Counted from the stretch's first letter, positions 51,025 to 61,593 are shown. The stretch: DNA of 64,000 bases from Myxococcota bacterium (GCA_963674735.2 CAXXQS010000002.1:1632001-1696000), one strand, 5' to 3'. Translations and numbers: made by a program. The notes: a model not told the origin generated them from the letters alone.

Positions 51025-52029
51025 ATGTCGGATCGTATCCTGGTGCTCGGTGGCAGCGGTTTGATCGGGTCGCATATCGTCAAGGCTTTGGTGGCGCGCG
51101 ATTGGCCGGTGCGGGTGTTGTTGCGCGACAACAGCCCAACGTTGAACCTCGACGGCCTGCCGGTCGAGCGCGTCAAGGGCGACCTGCGCGACCATCCGTC
51201 GCTTTTGGCCGCGATGAGCGACTGCCGGGCCGTGTTTCATGCGGCGGGCTATTATCCGCTGTATTCGAAACCGGAGGAGGATGAGCGCCAGGCCATGCGG
51301 GAGATCCACAATGTGCTGGAAGCGGCGGCCGCCTCGGGGATCGGTCGCCTGGTCTACACCAGCAGCCCCGCTACCATCGGGAGTTATGGCAAAGACGGCC
51401 CCATGGCCAACGAAGATGCGCCGTATCATCTGGAAAACGAACGGTCCTCCTATTTTCGCGTGAAATACCGGATGGAGCAGGAAGTCCTGAACTGGAGTCC
51501 GCGCGGACTCGACGTGGTTCTACTGAACCCGGCTTTCGTGTTCGGGCCGGGAGACGTCAAACCGAGCTCCGGTCAATTGCTGCTCGATCTGGCCAACCGG
51601 CGCATACCGGCGTTTTTGGATGGTCCGCTCAATGTCGTGGATGTGCGGGATGTGGCTGAGAGCCATATTGCGGCTTTCGAGCGGGGAAAACGGGCGGAAC
51701 GCTACATTCTCGGCGGCACCAACACCCGCATGTCGGAGGTGATCGCCTTGGCTGCGACCATTGCCGATGTTCGGCCTCCCACGATTAAATTGCCCCTCTG
51801 GGCGGCGGAACTGGCGGCGGATTTTTCGGAAATGTGGAGCCAGTCCGTGCGCAAATCTCCCAAACCGGGAATTCCGCGTGTCGGGGTGGATATGCTGAAA
51901 CATGCGCAGCATCTCGACGATTCGCGGGCGCGGCAACGGTTGGGACATGCCGCCCGGCCCTTGGAGGAAACGTTGCGCGATACCTATGCCTGGTTTGCGC
52001 AGAACGACTACTGGACGCGCAAAGCCTAG
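51025..52029 (+). CDS. NAD-dependent epimerase/dehydratase (extended SDR, HpnA/DFR-like)
   Basis: LVLGGSGLIG, VFHAAG, VYTSS, YFRVK (YxxxK), NVVDVRDVA. Confidence 0.88.
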   Translation: MSDRILVLGGSGLIGSHIVKALVARDWPVRVLLRDNSPTLNLDGLPVERVKGDLRDHPSLLAAMSDCRAVFHAAGYYPLYSKPEEDERQAMREIHNVLEAAAASGIGRLVYTSSPATIGSYGKDGPMANEDAPYHLENERSSYFRVKYRMEQEVLNWSPRGLDVVLLNPAFVFGPGDVKPSSGQLLLDLANRRIPAFLDGPLNVVDVRDVAESHIAAFERGKRAERYILGGTNTRMSEVIALAATIADVRPPTIKLPLWAAELAADFSEMWSQSVRKSPKPGIPRVGVDMLKHAQHLDDSRARQRLGHAARPLEETLRDTYAWFAQNDYWTRKA

Positions 52030-52042
52030 CGAAATCAGTCGA

Positions 52043-52570
52043 TTAGTCGCCTTCGAACTCGACCAGATGGAAGGTCGAGATTCCGGCTTCCGAAAGTTTT
52101 TTGGTGCCTCCGATGTCGGGCAGATTGATCACGAAGCCCGCTTCAACCACTTCGGCTCCCATTTTACGACAGAGATTGGATACGGCCAGAGCCGTGCCGC
52201 CGGTGGCCAGCAGATCGTCGATCACCACCACTTTATCGCCGGAATCGAGTGCGTCGACGTGGATTTCGACGGCGTCCGTCCCATACTCCAGGGCGTATTC
52301 CTCACGCATCGTTTTCACCGGTAATTTTCCCGGTTTACGTGCGATTACGAGTCCTTTTCCGAGATCTTTGGCCAACACGGAACCGAAGATGAATCCGCGT
52401 GACTCGATGGCGACGAATTTGTCGAAGTCCAGGCCGCGATAATGCGTGAGAAGCGCGTCACACGTTTGTGCGAAACCTTCCGGATTGAGCATCAAGGTGC
52501 TGATATCGCGGAACATAATGCCCTCTTTCGGCCAATCGGGGACCGTGCGGATGTAGGACTTCAGAGTCAT
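52043..52570 (-). CDS. apt: Adenine phosphoribosyltransferase
   Basis: DWPKEGIMFRDI, ESRGFIFG, RKPGKLP, YALEYG, VIDDLLATGGT. Confidence 0.96.
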   Translation of the reverse strand: MTLKSYIRTVPDWPKEGIMFRDISTLMLNPEGFAQTCDALLTHYRGLDFDKFVAIESRGFIFGSVLAKDLGKGLVIARKPGKLPVKTMREEYALEYGTDAVEIHVDALDSGDKVVVIDDLLATGGTALAVSNLCRKMGAEVVEAGFVINLPDIGGTKKLSEAGISTFHLVEFEGD

Positions 52571-52633
52571 GGATGGAATCCTTTCGCTGAATGACGCTCT
52601 TTATTTGGGTTGTAACGCTATGTTTTTAAACAA

Positions 52634-53200
52634 CTAAATGATCATTTTCTGCATCTTTTTAAAGGCTTCGGTGCCTGCACGCTCCAGGAGTTGAAAAAGG
52701 GCGGCTTCGGTGGTGGTCACCACCGCACCGGCACGCTCCATCAAGGCCAGACCGGCGGCCTGATTGTGGGGGAGACGCGTGGCGGTGGCATCGGCGACGA
52801 CGTGGACATCGTAGCCGAGCTTCAGAAGCCCGAGGGCGGTCTGATACACGCAGATGTGTGCTTCCATCCCCGTAAGCAGGATTTGTTTACGTCCCTTGCG
52901 GTCCAGCTGGCGAACCACTTCTTCTTCTTCCGTGGCGGCAAAATCGATTTTAGCAACGGTTAATGCGTCTGTAATCGACTGTTTTATATCGGGAATCGTG
53001 GGTCCGATCCCCTTCGGGTATTGCTCGGTGACGAGAATGGGGATTTTGAGTTCGTTTGCCGCGGCGGTCAGGATCGGGACATTTTTGAGTAAATTTGTCT
53101 GTCCTTCTTCCGTCATAACCTTAAAGAGACGCTCTTGAATATCCACCACCATCAGGTGGGTGCTTGCCGTGCCAAGAAACTGCGGGTGTTGATGATTCAT
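52634..53200 (-). CDS. Isochorismatase-family hydrolase
   Basis: VVDIQERL, VTEQYPKGIGPT, GMEAHICVYQT. Confidence 0.9.
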   Translation of the reverse strand: MNHQHPQFLGTASTHLMVVDIQERLFKVMTEEGQTNLLKNVPILTAAANELKIPILVTEQYPKGIGPTIPDIKQSITDALTVAKIDFAATEEEEVVRQLDRKGRKQILLTGMEAHICVYQTALGLLKLGYDVHVVADATATRLPHNQAAGLALMERAGAVVTTTEAALFQLLERAGTEAFKKMQKMII

Positions 53201-53617
53201 TATTTTTCTCCAAGTCAAAGGATGAATTTAATTAGCATGTCCCGGCACTATCGTCAATGGAAACGAGATGGGTAACAACCCGGTACGGTGTTTCATTCAC
53301 GAATCCAGAAAAAATGAGCTAAACTTGTGATTGCAGCAACCGTTATTAAAAGGGAAGACCTGTTTTACTGCTACGGCTTAAGGTTTGAGGTGGTCCCATC
53401 CACAGCAGCCGGCCATGTGGGGAATGCATGAACGATAGCCATCGCACAACGCAATCGATCGGAAGTGATGACAAACTTTGGGCGGTTGTGGCACATTTAC
53501 GGCGATCTTTATGTTTTTCTCATCGCAATCGCCACTGAAAGGCATTGACACAAGGTGGGGAGGCTGGGTAGGATTAAGTCTCACGCAGGGAGAAAGGGAA
53601 GGGAAACGGAAACAAGC

Positions 53618-53893
53618 ATGACTTATCCGTTCAGAAATCCGCGTGCGGCGACACGAACCATTGAAGGCGAGGCGGTTGCCGTTTCGCCGGACGATGCGAT
53701 GCTGCACAATTTCAACGAAGTGGGAACCCTGATTTGGGAACTGGCGGATGGTCGACACGACCTCGACGCCATTGCCGATCGCGTTTCGGCTACCTATGAC
53801 GTCGGCTTGGCCGAAGCCCGGCGCGATGTGGAAGCGTTTTGCAGCCAGTTGGCCGATCGCAAGATTCTCGTTTGGCGAGATAAGCCTCGATAA
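53618..53893 (+). CDS. Standalone PqqD-family / RiPP recognition element (RRE) protein
   Basis: 91 aa: R.IEGEAV.V......HNFNEVGTLIWELADG.....IADRV...YDV....A.RDV..F...L....IL, the PqqD/RRE pattern. Confidence 0.88.
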   Translation: MTYPFRNPRAATRTIEGEAVAVSPDDAMLHNFNEVGTLIWELADGRHDLDAIADRVSATYDVGLAEARRDVEAFCSQLADRKILVWRDKPR

Positions 53894-53978
53894 ATTATTA
53901 AGGAAACGTCGATAACCGACAAATGAAATTGGGAATACTTTAAGTAAACTTTTCAGTACCGAAAAGAAGGAGATGGTC

Positions 53979-56900
53979 ATGAAACGGATTCCGGAGATCC
54001 TGATGGTGTTGATCGCCACTACGCTATTGGCGGGGTTGGCGGTTGGATGCTCCAGCTCCAGTTCCATCGGCGGCGATTACGACCTGAGCAGCGAAACCGA
54101 CCTCGATGGCGATATGGAAGACACGGAAGAGCCGGAAGGCGACACCGACGGAGATGCGGACGAAGACGGTGATGTCGAAGAGGAGACGGCCATCCCGACG
54201 GTTTCCTTCGATGACGGAGATTCTTGGTCGGTGACGTATGCCGATGATGCCAATGGCAGTCTCGACGGTGTACAGATTTCGGTCGGAATCAGCACCGAAA
54301 ACATCGATGCCGGGGTTGCGGTCAGCTTGACCGTCGGGGATTCGACCGAGCCCTTGTCCGGCACGCTTGGAGACGATGGCAAAGCGACATTTGCCGATGT
54401 AACGCTGGAGCCGGGCACGAACAACCTGGGGGTTACGGTGGACTTGGAAGGCGATGACGACCTGACCGCCGCTGCCGCCGTTACCTTGACCGGTTGCCGG
54501 ATCATCTTTGTCGATCCCATCGAGGCCCAGAGCCTGACGGATGCGGGGGGAACCTGCTCAGCCGACGATTGCGGCGATGATCTCGATTGCAACATGCCGA
54601 ACCTGCAATACAACGTGTCGTTGACCGTCGAAAACGTCGGTGTCGGCCGCGCGGCGGCTCTGACCGTCGGGGATGTCGATCCGTTGACGGCCAATGTGGC
54701 GGCCGACGGTTTGACCTTCAGCATGGTGAGCCTGCCGCACAACGCCTCGCTTCCGCTTAGCGTCGAAGTAACCAATGCTGCGGGCTTCACCTGCGAGGCG
54801 GAGATCAATGTGGCGGTGGATATCCAGTGCGATTGCCATCTTGTCATTGATCCGATTCCCGAAGATTACAATCTGGCGGTTACCGACGATGACGACCAGA
54901 CCGACGGTTTCCAGAAGCGCTTCACCGCGACTTCCGATAACTGTCTGGACGGCTCGCAGGTCAGCTTCACTGTGGATGCCGGAACGCGCGCCGATCCGGT
55001 CGTGGTAACATTGGAAAACCAGCAAGCTGTTGCCTTACTGACCTTGCCCGATGGCTCGCATACGCTTGAAATGGGGATCACCGAGCCCGATACCGCGCGT
55101 ACCGGCGCGGCCGGTCCTTACAGCTTCCGCGTCGATCGGGAGGCTCCGCTGTTCGATTCGGTCAACCCGACCGATGGTATGACGCTTTCCAAGCTCAACG
55201 ACAGCGACCTGGATCTCAGCAACGGCATTCAAATTGCCGTTTCGGGTGTTACGACGGGCGTTGAAGCCTTGGATCCGGCCTTGACCGTCGCTTTGACCAT
55301 CGACGATGTGGATTGGCCGGAAACGGCGGATGTGGCCAACAACCAGTTCAATTTCGCTTCGGTTACCCTGTCGCGTCCCGATGGCGCGGCCGATCCGGTC
55401 GCTATGGTTCTTGAGTTGACCGTCCAAGACGAATTGGGGAATCCCACAACGGAGACGATCAACCTCAACGTGTATTTCGATGAACCGGAGTTGACCCTCA
55501 CTGAAGTCGGCACCAAACCGGTTGCCGATCCGCTGATTCTCAACATCGGTGACGATGAGGACGGCGTTGCAAACCTGCTGCAGGTTACCGTTACCGCCAG
55601 CAGCAACCTGATTCCCGAGAACTCCAATGCTCGGCTGTTTGTCGATTCGGGTGCGCCGGTTGATGGGACGATCGGGTCCGATGGCTCCGTCACCTGGGAA
55701 ATAGCCTTGGATAACGGTGCGCATACCCTGAGTGCCGATGCGGAACTATCGGGTGTCGCCGGAGCCGTTGAGGCCGAAGATGTGGATCTCTGGGCAGACT
55801 GGGAAGCTCCGATGATTCAGTTTGTCTCACCACAGAATAACGATTACGTCGATACCAATGTGATGGATGTTACCGTTTATTCGGATGCGGAGAACGCGTC
55901 CGATGGCGATAAAGGTCAGAAAGTGACCTTGCTGGTCAACGGCAGTGCGCTGGCGTCCGGTCCGGTGGCCCTTGATGCCGATGGATTGGCGCTTTTCGAA
56001 GACGTGGATGTTTCGATGTCGCGACTTTCGACTTTCCAACTGGAGGCGGAGATTTCGGATTACGCCGGAAACGATGCCGATACGCAACTTAGCTTGAATG
56101 TCGACAATCAGGCTCCGACCGTTGCCGTGACGGCTACCCCGGATGTTGGCAATCCCGCTCAAGTCGAAATCCTGATCACGGTTAGCGATGATGCGCCGAC
56201 GGAAGGACGCGATGTGACGCTGACGTTGTTTAACGTCAACAGTGCGCCTGTCCAGCAGGATCAACGAACCCTCAGCCTGGCTTCCGGAGAAGCGACCTAT
56301 ACCTACAATAGTCTTCCCGACAGCAGCTACAGCGTAACGGCTCGCTATGAAGATCAGGCCGGGAACGACGATAGCAGCAGTGACGATTTCGAGGTTGATA
56401 CCGGTTGTTATACCATGTCGATCACGGCGCCGACCAATGGCGTTTTCTATGGGATTGCCGATGCCGTCGGTGGGAACCCGGCCAATGGTGTTGACATTTC
56501 CGTTGTTGTCGAGGCCGGTGGCGTTCGACCCATCCCGGATGCCAGCGCGGTTTTCCTGCAAGTCGACGGCGCTTTGCCGGGCATAAGCGGAACGATGGCT
56601 TCAGGTGTGGCGACGTTTGCGAACGTCAACCTCGATGCCGGATCGCATACTTTGGAAGTGTACACTCTCAAACAGCCGGGACCGGTGTTCTGCTATGCGT
56701 CGCCGCGACCGGTTAATGTGACCGTCGATTTCACGGCCCCGACGCTCAGCCTGACGAGCCCCGCGCCTCCAGTCCCCGCGACGGACCCGCTGGTGTACAA
56801 TCTGGCCAGCACCGATGTTTCTCCCGATGCGGGTTTCCAGGCCGCTTTCACGTATCGCAGTCTGGATGCCGGTGAAGGTCAGGATGTCACGTTGGTGGTG

Positions 56901-59900
56901 AGCGACGGTTCGCGTGCGCAACAGTCGTACACGGCGGCGCTCAATGCTTCGGGCGATGCCCTTTTCAATTCCGTCACCCTTTCCGGCAGCACTTTTGCAC
57001 AAGGAACGCTGCTGACTCTGACGGCGACCGTGGAAGACGAATCCGGCAACACATCGGATCCGGTGGCTTATTTTGCCATCGTCGACCGCCTGGCGCCGAC
57101 TTTCAGCAATATCATGCCGACAGCGGGATCCACCTTGAATTCCGGTGATGACAACGATCCGGTTGCGGAAAACTTCCAGCTGCTGATGACTCTCACCATC
57201 GCCGATGGAACGCCGGGTTCCGGTAATGTGAGCGTCGAGGTGGTTCCGTCCGCCGATCCGGGCAACCCTTATGATCTTGGGCCCTTCAATCTGCAGGCGA
57301 ATGGCTCGGTGACGATTACCGGGTCTTTCACCGAAGGCAGCTACACCTTGAACATCGCCCATACCGATGAAGCCGGAAACAGCGGCGATACCAGCGTATT
57401 CTATCAGATCGACTTCGTGGCCGAACTGACGCTGCTTGACAAGAATTTCGATCCCATTCCTCCCGATGGCGGTGGAGATACGGTTCTCGACAGCTCGTTC
57501 GATACCAGCGGCGATGCCGGTTTCCAGACCAACTTCTATGCGAATACGCGTGGTTTCCAACAAGGTCTGCCGGTTTATCTGTGCTCGACCCTCGCGTCGG
57601 AAGGGACCAATGGAGTCTGTACCTCCGCTCCTGGCGGGGTTACGGCTTATCGCGTAGCCAGCGCGCTGGTTACCGCCGGCTCCGGCGATGCCGGGTCGGC
57701 CACGTTCAGCGATATCGATCTTGACGATCAGGCCACCCGCCTACTGTTTGTCGAAGGTACCGATGGGGCCAACAACTACAGCTCGTCCGAACCGGCAACG
57801 GTTATCGTCGATGCGACCGCTCCGACCGTGGATGCCTTTGTTATTACGGACAATCTGGTCGGCAACGATTTTCCGCCCAACATCGTTCTGAACCGCAATG
57901 AAGGTGACATCGTAACGGGTCTGTTGGTTGTCGATATGAGAGTGGATAGTGCCGACAGCGACGCTGAAACGGTACGTGTTTATGTCGGGGCCGTGGATGG
58001 TACCATCGAAGCCAGCGCGAGTCTCTCTGCCGGTTCGGCGGTTTTACGTTTGCCGGATGTCTCCGGTTTGCCGAACGGATATACGGATGAGCTGAATGCG
58101 GTGGTCGTCGATGAAAACGGCAATGAGTCCGATCCGTTCACATTGCCGGTTATCGTGGATCTGCGGAGTCCCTCGATTGCCTTTGTCGGAAGCGGTCTCT
58201 TGAGCGTCAATGCCGATGATTGCTCGGGCTTCAGCGGCGACGCTTGCGAGACGTCGGTTTCCGTTACGGTCACACGCGCCGCCAATGATCTTTTCGATCT
58301 GGACGGCGGAGTTGTCACGATTACCGATTCGGCCAGCCGGGCGGTGGTCGGTACGGCGGTTATTCCCAGCATCGCCGCCGGAGCTTCGGCCGAAATTCCG
58401 GTTGATGTGACGCTGGACGAAGGATCCTACACGCTCTATGCCAGCGCTGCCGATCCTTATGGCAATTTGTCCGAGACCGTCAACCGGAGTGTCAGCGTCG
58501 ATGTGTTTGCTCCGACGGTGGCGTTTGTAACGCCGTCGAGCGCATCGATTACGTATGATGGCGGCACGGATGATCAGGCTACCTGCGGCGGCAGCACCAC
58601 CGATCAGTACTTCACCCGCTGCGACTGGCAGGTTTCAGCCAGTGGCGTGACGAGTAATACGACCTTACAGCTTTATTACAAGGTTTCCACGGACCCGGGC
58701 GACTTCAACCCCTTCGACCTGCCCAGTCAGGGTTCGACCAGCGTGAGTGCGGACGGCAACTGGTCGATCAGTCGCGCGGATTTCCAACTGGACGGCAGTG
58801 AAACTTTCCTGGTTAAAGTGCAGGCCACCGAAGTTGCGACCGGTAACGTCGGGTGGTCGGACGAGGTGTCGGTTACCATCAATGGTTTCAGTCCGACCTG
58901 GACGATCGCGTTCAAACGTCTGGATGATTCAACGTTTGCCAGCGGCGCAATCTTTGATGAGAACGATGAAAAGGATGGCGATTTGACCAATGCCTCCGTA
59001 ACCATCGATTTCAAGGTTTCCACCAACATTCCGGATGGCGAAACGATGAGCCTGTCCGTTAACGGCAACGGCCCCGCCAGCCAAAGCATCGCCAGCGGAA
59101 TCGCGACGTTTAGCGATGTGGTTCTCAATGAAGGTGCGCAGAACACCTTGAGCGTCGAGGTGGTTGGTTATACCAGTTCATCGGTAACGGTTATCGCCGA
59201 TACCAAAAATCCGGAGCTGGTTTTCACCTCTCCCGTATTTAAAGCGACGTACAACGTGGCGGACGATACGGATACCGGTGATCGTACCGGCGTGTTGCTG
59301 GGATCCAGCGTCGTGGTCAAAACCACGGATATCATGCCCCAGTCGGGACAACCGGGTTACACGGTTCGTCTGGTGGCCGACGATGGAACGAAGGCTGTGA
59401 CCACCTTGGCCACGGCGAATTGGACGACCGATACCGGTGTCTACAAATACAAAGCGACCTTCACCAATGTCAGCCTGCCGAACGGGGCTATTTCGCTGGA
59501 TGTCAAAGCCGACGATACCGGGGCGGCTCCGGTGGATCGCGCCGAACACCAGGGGGCCGTGCAGACGCCTCTGCCGTCGATGACGGTCGATGCCGATCCT
59601 CCGGCGGATGCTACCAGCCTGGAAGTCTGTCTGGGCTCGGATACGGGCACGACGGGCAGTTTCGATCAGGATGGTGTCAACTGTACGTCGGCTTATGCCT
59701 GTAACAGTCTGAGCAGCCGCTGTGACCGCCATGCCGGCACGGCCGCCCTTGTGTGGACGGCACCCTCCGGTGATGGAACGACCGGTAGCGTGACGCCGAG
59801 CAGTTATGAAATCCATTACGTCAAGAAAACCGGCACGGTCGACCCGTGTTCGGGTGTTACCTGGGCGACGGCCAACAGCCCATCCGCCGGTGTAACCGTT

Positions 59901-61475
59901 ACCGTGGATGCGCTCGTTGCGCCAAGTAGCAAACAAGGGGCGGTGGTTACGGGGCTGTCGGTCAATACCGATACCAGCTATTGCTTCCTGGTCAAGGCCA
60001 AGGATGCGGCCGGGAACAGCTCGATCAATGCGGTTTCTGTGGCCCGTGAAGTGGCGTTCATCAAAGAAACGCTGGTGTCGGGTGTGGGCGGAAGCGAATT
60101 GGTCTATCCGGGGTATTACGTCGAATTCGGCGATTTCAACGGAGATGGTTGCGCTGATGTCGCCGTCGCCGATCCTTATTGGGGCACGCAGAGCACCTGC
60201 GCTGAAGTTGACAAGAGCGACTGCACACAGGAGGGTGGAAAAGTCAGCGTGATTTATGGCGATGACGGCGATGCCTGTACGCCTGAAAGCGATTGGGAAA
60301 CCAACGGTTTCTACCAGTCTGCGAACTCGTTTGGCGACAACCTTGGCTGGAGCCTGGGGGTGGGCGATCTGAACGGCGATTGCATCGATGACTTGGCTGT
60401 GAGCGCCTCCCGTTACAATTCCGATGATGGCGGCGTGTTTGTTTACCTCGGTAGTTCCTCGGGTCTCAAAACCACCGCCGGTGATGTGGCGGGTGGTGAG
60501 CCGAGCATCGAACCCGATGTCACGATCGGGTCGGATGCGGGGGGATATCAGGGTCTTGGCAACCATATCGAGGTCATGAACTGGAACGGCGATACGGTGA
60601 ATTGCGGCGGAACCGATAGGCCGGTGCACGACCTGTTTGTTTCGACTTACTTCTATTCGGACTATGCCACCATCTTCTTCCCGGTTTATGCGTTCCTGGG
60701 CGGCTCCGGCTTTACCAGCGGTGCGAACTTCAATGTCACCAGTGGCGACGAAGATTTCAGTGTTCAGGGATTGTACGACGATCCGACCACTACTTATTCG
60801 TGGTACTTCGGCTTCTTCCTGTCTCATGGCGATTTAGATGGTGACGGCTATGAAGATCTACTGATCAGCGATACCGATTACCAGTGGTCGGGCGGTACTC
60901 GCGATCATTTCTGGGTGGTTTGGGGCAACTCCACCGTATCGAGTTCGATCCAAGCGCCTGCCGCGGGCTTCCTCGAACTTCCGCCTGATACCGCCGATCA
61001 GGTCGAGGATTATGGATTCTATGTCGGAGGTGTGCTCGATACCGACAATGACGGTCTTGACGAGGCTCTGGTGCGCAAACTCGCCACCAATTCCGTGCAC
61101 TATTGGAAAAGCACGACAGGCAGCGAGCGTGATGTTGCCGATACAACGCGCTTCTTCCAGTATGAGACATCGCCGGGTAGCACGGATACCTACTATGGCA
61201 TCGAACCGGCCACGGCGGGCGATTTCAACCATAGCGGCTTCAACGATGTCATTTTGTCCGGCACCGGTATCGTGCGTGTCTTCTGGGGCCGCACCGGTGG
61301 CATCAAGAATGACAGCGAAGCGCCGGGCGCACCGGAAGACGACTTCATCAACATCAACGGTCTGTCGACGGTCAACACCTTGCAGGCTAAGGGTAACGGC
61401 GATTTCGACAATGATGGTTCCGCCGATATCGTCGTGGTGGATCAGTCGACCGGTGACGTTTACCTGATTCACTAA
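53979..61475 (+). CDS. Giant acidic surface lipoprotein with tandem Ig-like repeats, an FN3-like domain and C-terminal FG-GAP repeats (adhesin-like)
   Basis: AAGGAG RBS, lipobox AVGC, DGD linker, repeated D.AGN...VD..AP Ig motifs, WTAPSGDG...Y...Y..VKAKDAAGN FN3-like unit, and several GD.NGDG.DD FG-GAP motifs. Confidence 0.88.
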   Translation: MKRIPEILMVLIATTLLAGLAVGCSSSSSIGGDYDLSSETDLDGDMEDTEEPEGDTDGDADEDGDVEEETAIPTVSFDDGDSWSVTYADDANGSLDGVQISVGISTENIDAGVAVSLTVGDSTEPLSGTLGDDGKATFADVTLEPGTNNLGVTVDLEGDDDLTAAAAVTLTGCRIIFVDPIEAQSLTDAGGTCSADDCGDDLDCNMPNLQYNVSLTVENVGVGRAAALTVGDVDPLTANVAADGLTFSMVSLPHNASLPLSVEVTNAAGFTCEAEINVAVDIQCDCHLVIDPIPEDYNLAVTDDDDQTDGFQKRFTATSDNCLDGSQVSFTVDAGTRADPVVVTLENQQAVALLTLPDGSHTLEMGITEPDTARTGAAGPYSFRVDREAPLFDSVNPTDGMTLSKLNDSDLDLSNGIQIAVSGVTTGVEALDPALTVALTIDDVDWPETADVANNQFNFASVTLSRPDGAADPVAMVLELTVQDELGNPTTETINLNVYFDEPELTLTEVGTKPVADPLILNIGDDEDGVANLLQVTVTASSNLIPENSNARLFVDSGAPVDGTIGSDGSVTWEIALDNGAHTLSADAELSGVAGAVEAEDVDLWADWEAPMIQFVSPQNNDYVDTNVMDVTVYSDAENASDGDKGQKVTLLVNGSALASGPVALDADGLALFEDVDVSMSRLSTFQLEAEISDYAGNDADTQLSLNVDNQAPTVAVTATPDVGNPAQVEILITVSDDAPTEGRDVTLTLFNVNSAPVQQDQRTLSLASGEATYTYNSLPDSSYSVTARYEDQAGNDDSSSDDFEVDTGCYTMSITAPTNGVFYGIADAVGGNPANGVDISVVVEAGGVRPIPDASAVFLQVDGALPGISGTMASGVATFANVNLDAGSHTLEVYTLKQPGPVFCYASPRPVNVTVDFTAPTLSLTSPAPPVPATDPLVYNLASTDVSPDAGFQAAFTYRSLDAGEGQDVTLVVSDGSRAQQSYTAALNASGDALFNSVTLSGSTFAQGTLLTLTATVEDESGNTSDPVAYFAIVDRLAPTFSNIMPTAGSTLNSGDDNDPVAENFQLLMTLTIADGTPGSGNVSVEVVPSADPGNPYDLGPFNLQANGSVTITGSFTEGSYTLNIAHTDEAGNSGDTSVFYQIDFVAELTLLDKNFDPIPPDGGGDTVLDSSFDTSGDAGFQTNFYANTRGFQQGLPVYLCSTLASEGTNGVCTSAPGGVTAYRVASALVTAGSGDAGSATFSDIDLDDQATRLLFVEGTDGANNYSSSEPATVIVDATAPTVDAFVITDNLVGNDFPPNIVLNRNEGDIVTGLLVVDMRVDSADSDAETVRVYVGAVDGTIEASASLSAGSAVLRLPDVSGLPNGYTDELNAVVVDENGNESDPFTLPVIVDLRSPSIAFVGSGLLSVNADDCSGFSGDACETSVSVTVTRAANDLFDLDGGVVTITDSASRAVVGTAVIPSIAAGASAEIPVDVTLDEGSYTLYASAADPYGNLSETVNRSVSVDVFAPTVAFVTPSSASITYDGGTDDQATCGGSTTDQYFTRCDWQVSASGVTSNTTLQLYYKVSTDPGDFNPFDLPSQGSTSVSADGNWSISRADFQLDGSETFLVKVQATEVATGNVGWSDEVSVTINGFSPTWTIAFKRLDDSTFASGAIFDENDEKDGDLTNASVTIDFKVSTNIPDGETMSLSVNGNGPASQSIASGIATFSDVVLNEGAQNTLSVEVVGYTSSSVTVIADTKNPELVFTSPVFKATYNVADDTDTGDRTGVLLGSSVVVKTTDIMPQSGQPGYTVRLVADDGTKAVTTLATANWTTDTGVYKYKATFTNVSLPNGAISLDVKADDTGAAPVDRAEHQGAVQTPLPSMTVDADPPADATSLEVCLGSDTGTTGSFDQDGVNCTSAYACNSLSSRCDRHAGTAALVWTAPSGDGTTGSVTPSSYEIHYVKKTGTVDPCSGVTWATANSPSAGVTVTVDALVAPSSKQGAVVTGLSVNTDTSYCFLVKAKDAAGNSSINAVSVAREVAFIKETLVSGVGGSELVYPGYYVEFGDFNGDGCADVAVADPYWGTQSTCAEVDKSDCTQEGGKVSVIYGDDGDACTPESDWETNGFYQSANSFGDNLGWSLGVGDLNGDCIDDLAVSASRYNSDDGGVFVYLGSSSGLKTTAGDVAGGEPSIEPDVTIGSDAGGYQGLGNHIEVMNWNGDTVNCGGTDRPVHDLFVSTYFYSDYATIFFPVYAFLGGSGFTSGANFNVTSGDEDFSVQGLYDDPTTTYSWYFGFFLSHGDLDGDGYEDLLISDTDYQWSGGTRDHFWVVWGNSTVSSSIQAPAAGFLELPPDTADQVEDYGFYVGGVLDTDNDGLDEALVRKLATNSVHYWKSTTGSERDVADTTRFFQYETSPGSTDTYYGIEPATAGDFNHSGFNDVILSGTGIVRVFWGRTGGIKNDSEAPGAPEDDFININGLSTVNTLQAKGNGDFDNDGSADIVVVDQSTGDVYLIH

Positions 61476-61492
61476 TCCGGGTTGATTATGAC

Positions 61493-61530
61493 GGCCCGGG
61501 GCTGGCTCTGGCCTGGCCCCGGGTCTTTAG
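61493..61530 (+). terminator. Hairpin terminator after the giant lipoprotein gene
   Basis: GCCCGGGGC...GCCCCGGGT stem followed by CTTTAGTT. Confidence 0.5.
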
Positions 61531-61564
61531 TTAATTCGGTTAGTTGGAAATCTCTTTGAATCGC

Positions 61565-61593
61565 TTGACAGTCTGGTGACACCTATTGATAAT
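61565..61593 (+). promoter_or_regulatory. Sigma70-type promoter for the peptide-kinase unit
   Basis: TTGACA-N17-GATAAT, 50 bp upstream of the peptide ATG. Confidence 0.7.

Noticed and set aside
59178-60827. 549-aa minus-strand ORF and similar ORFs inside the giant lipoprotein
   Set aside because: Antisense shadow frames of the 2,500-aa gene.
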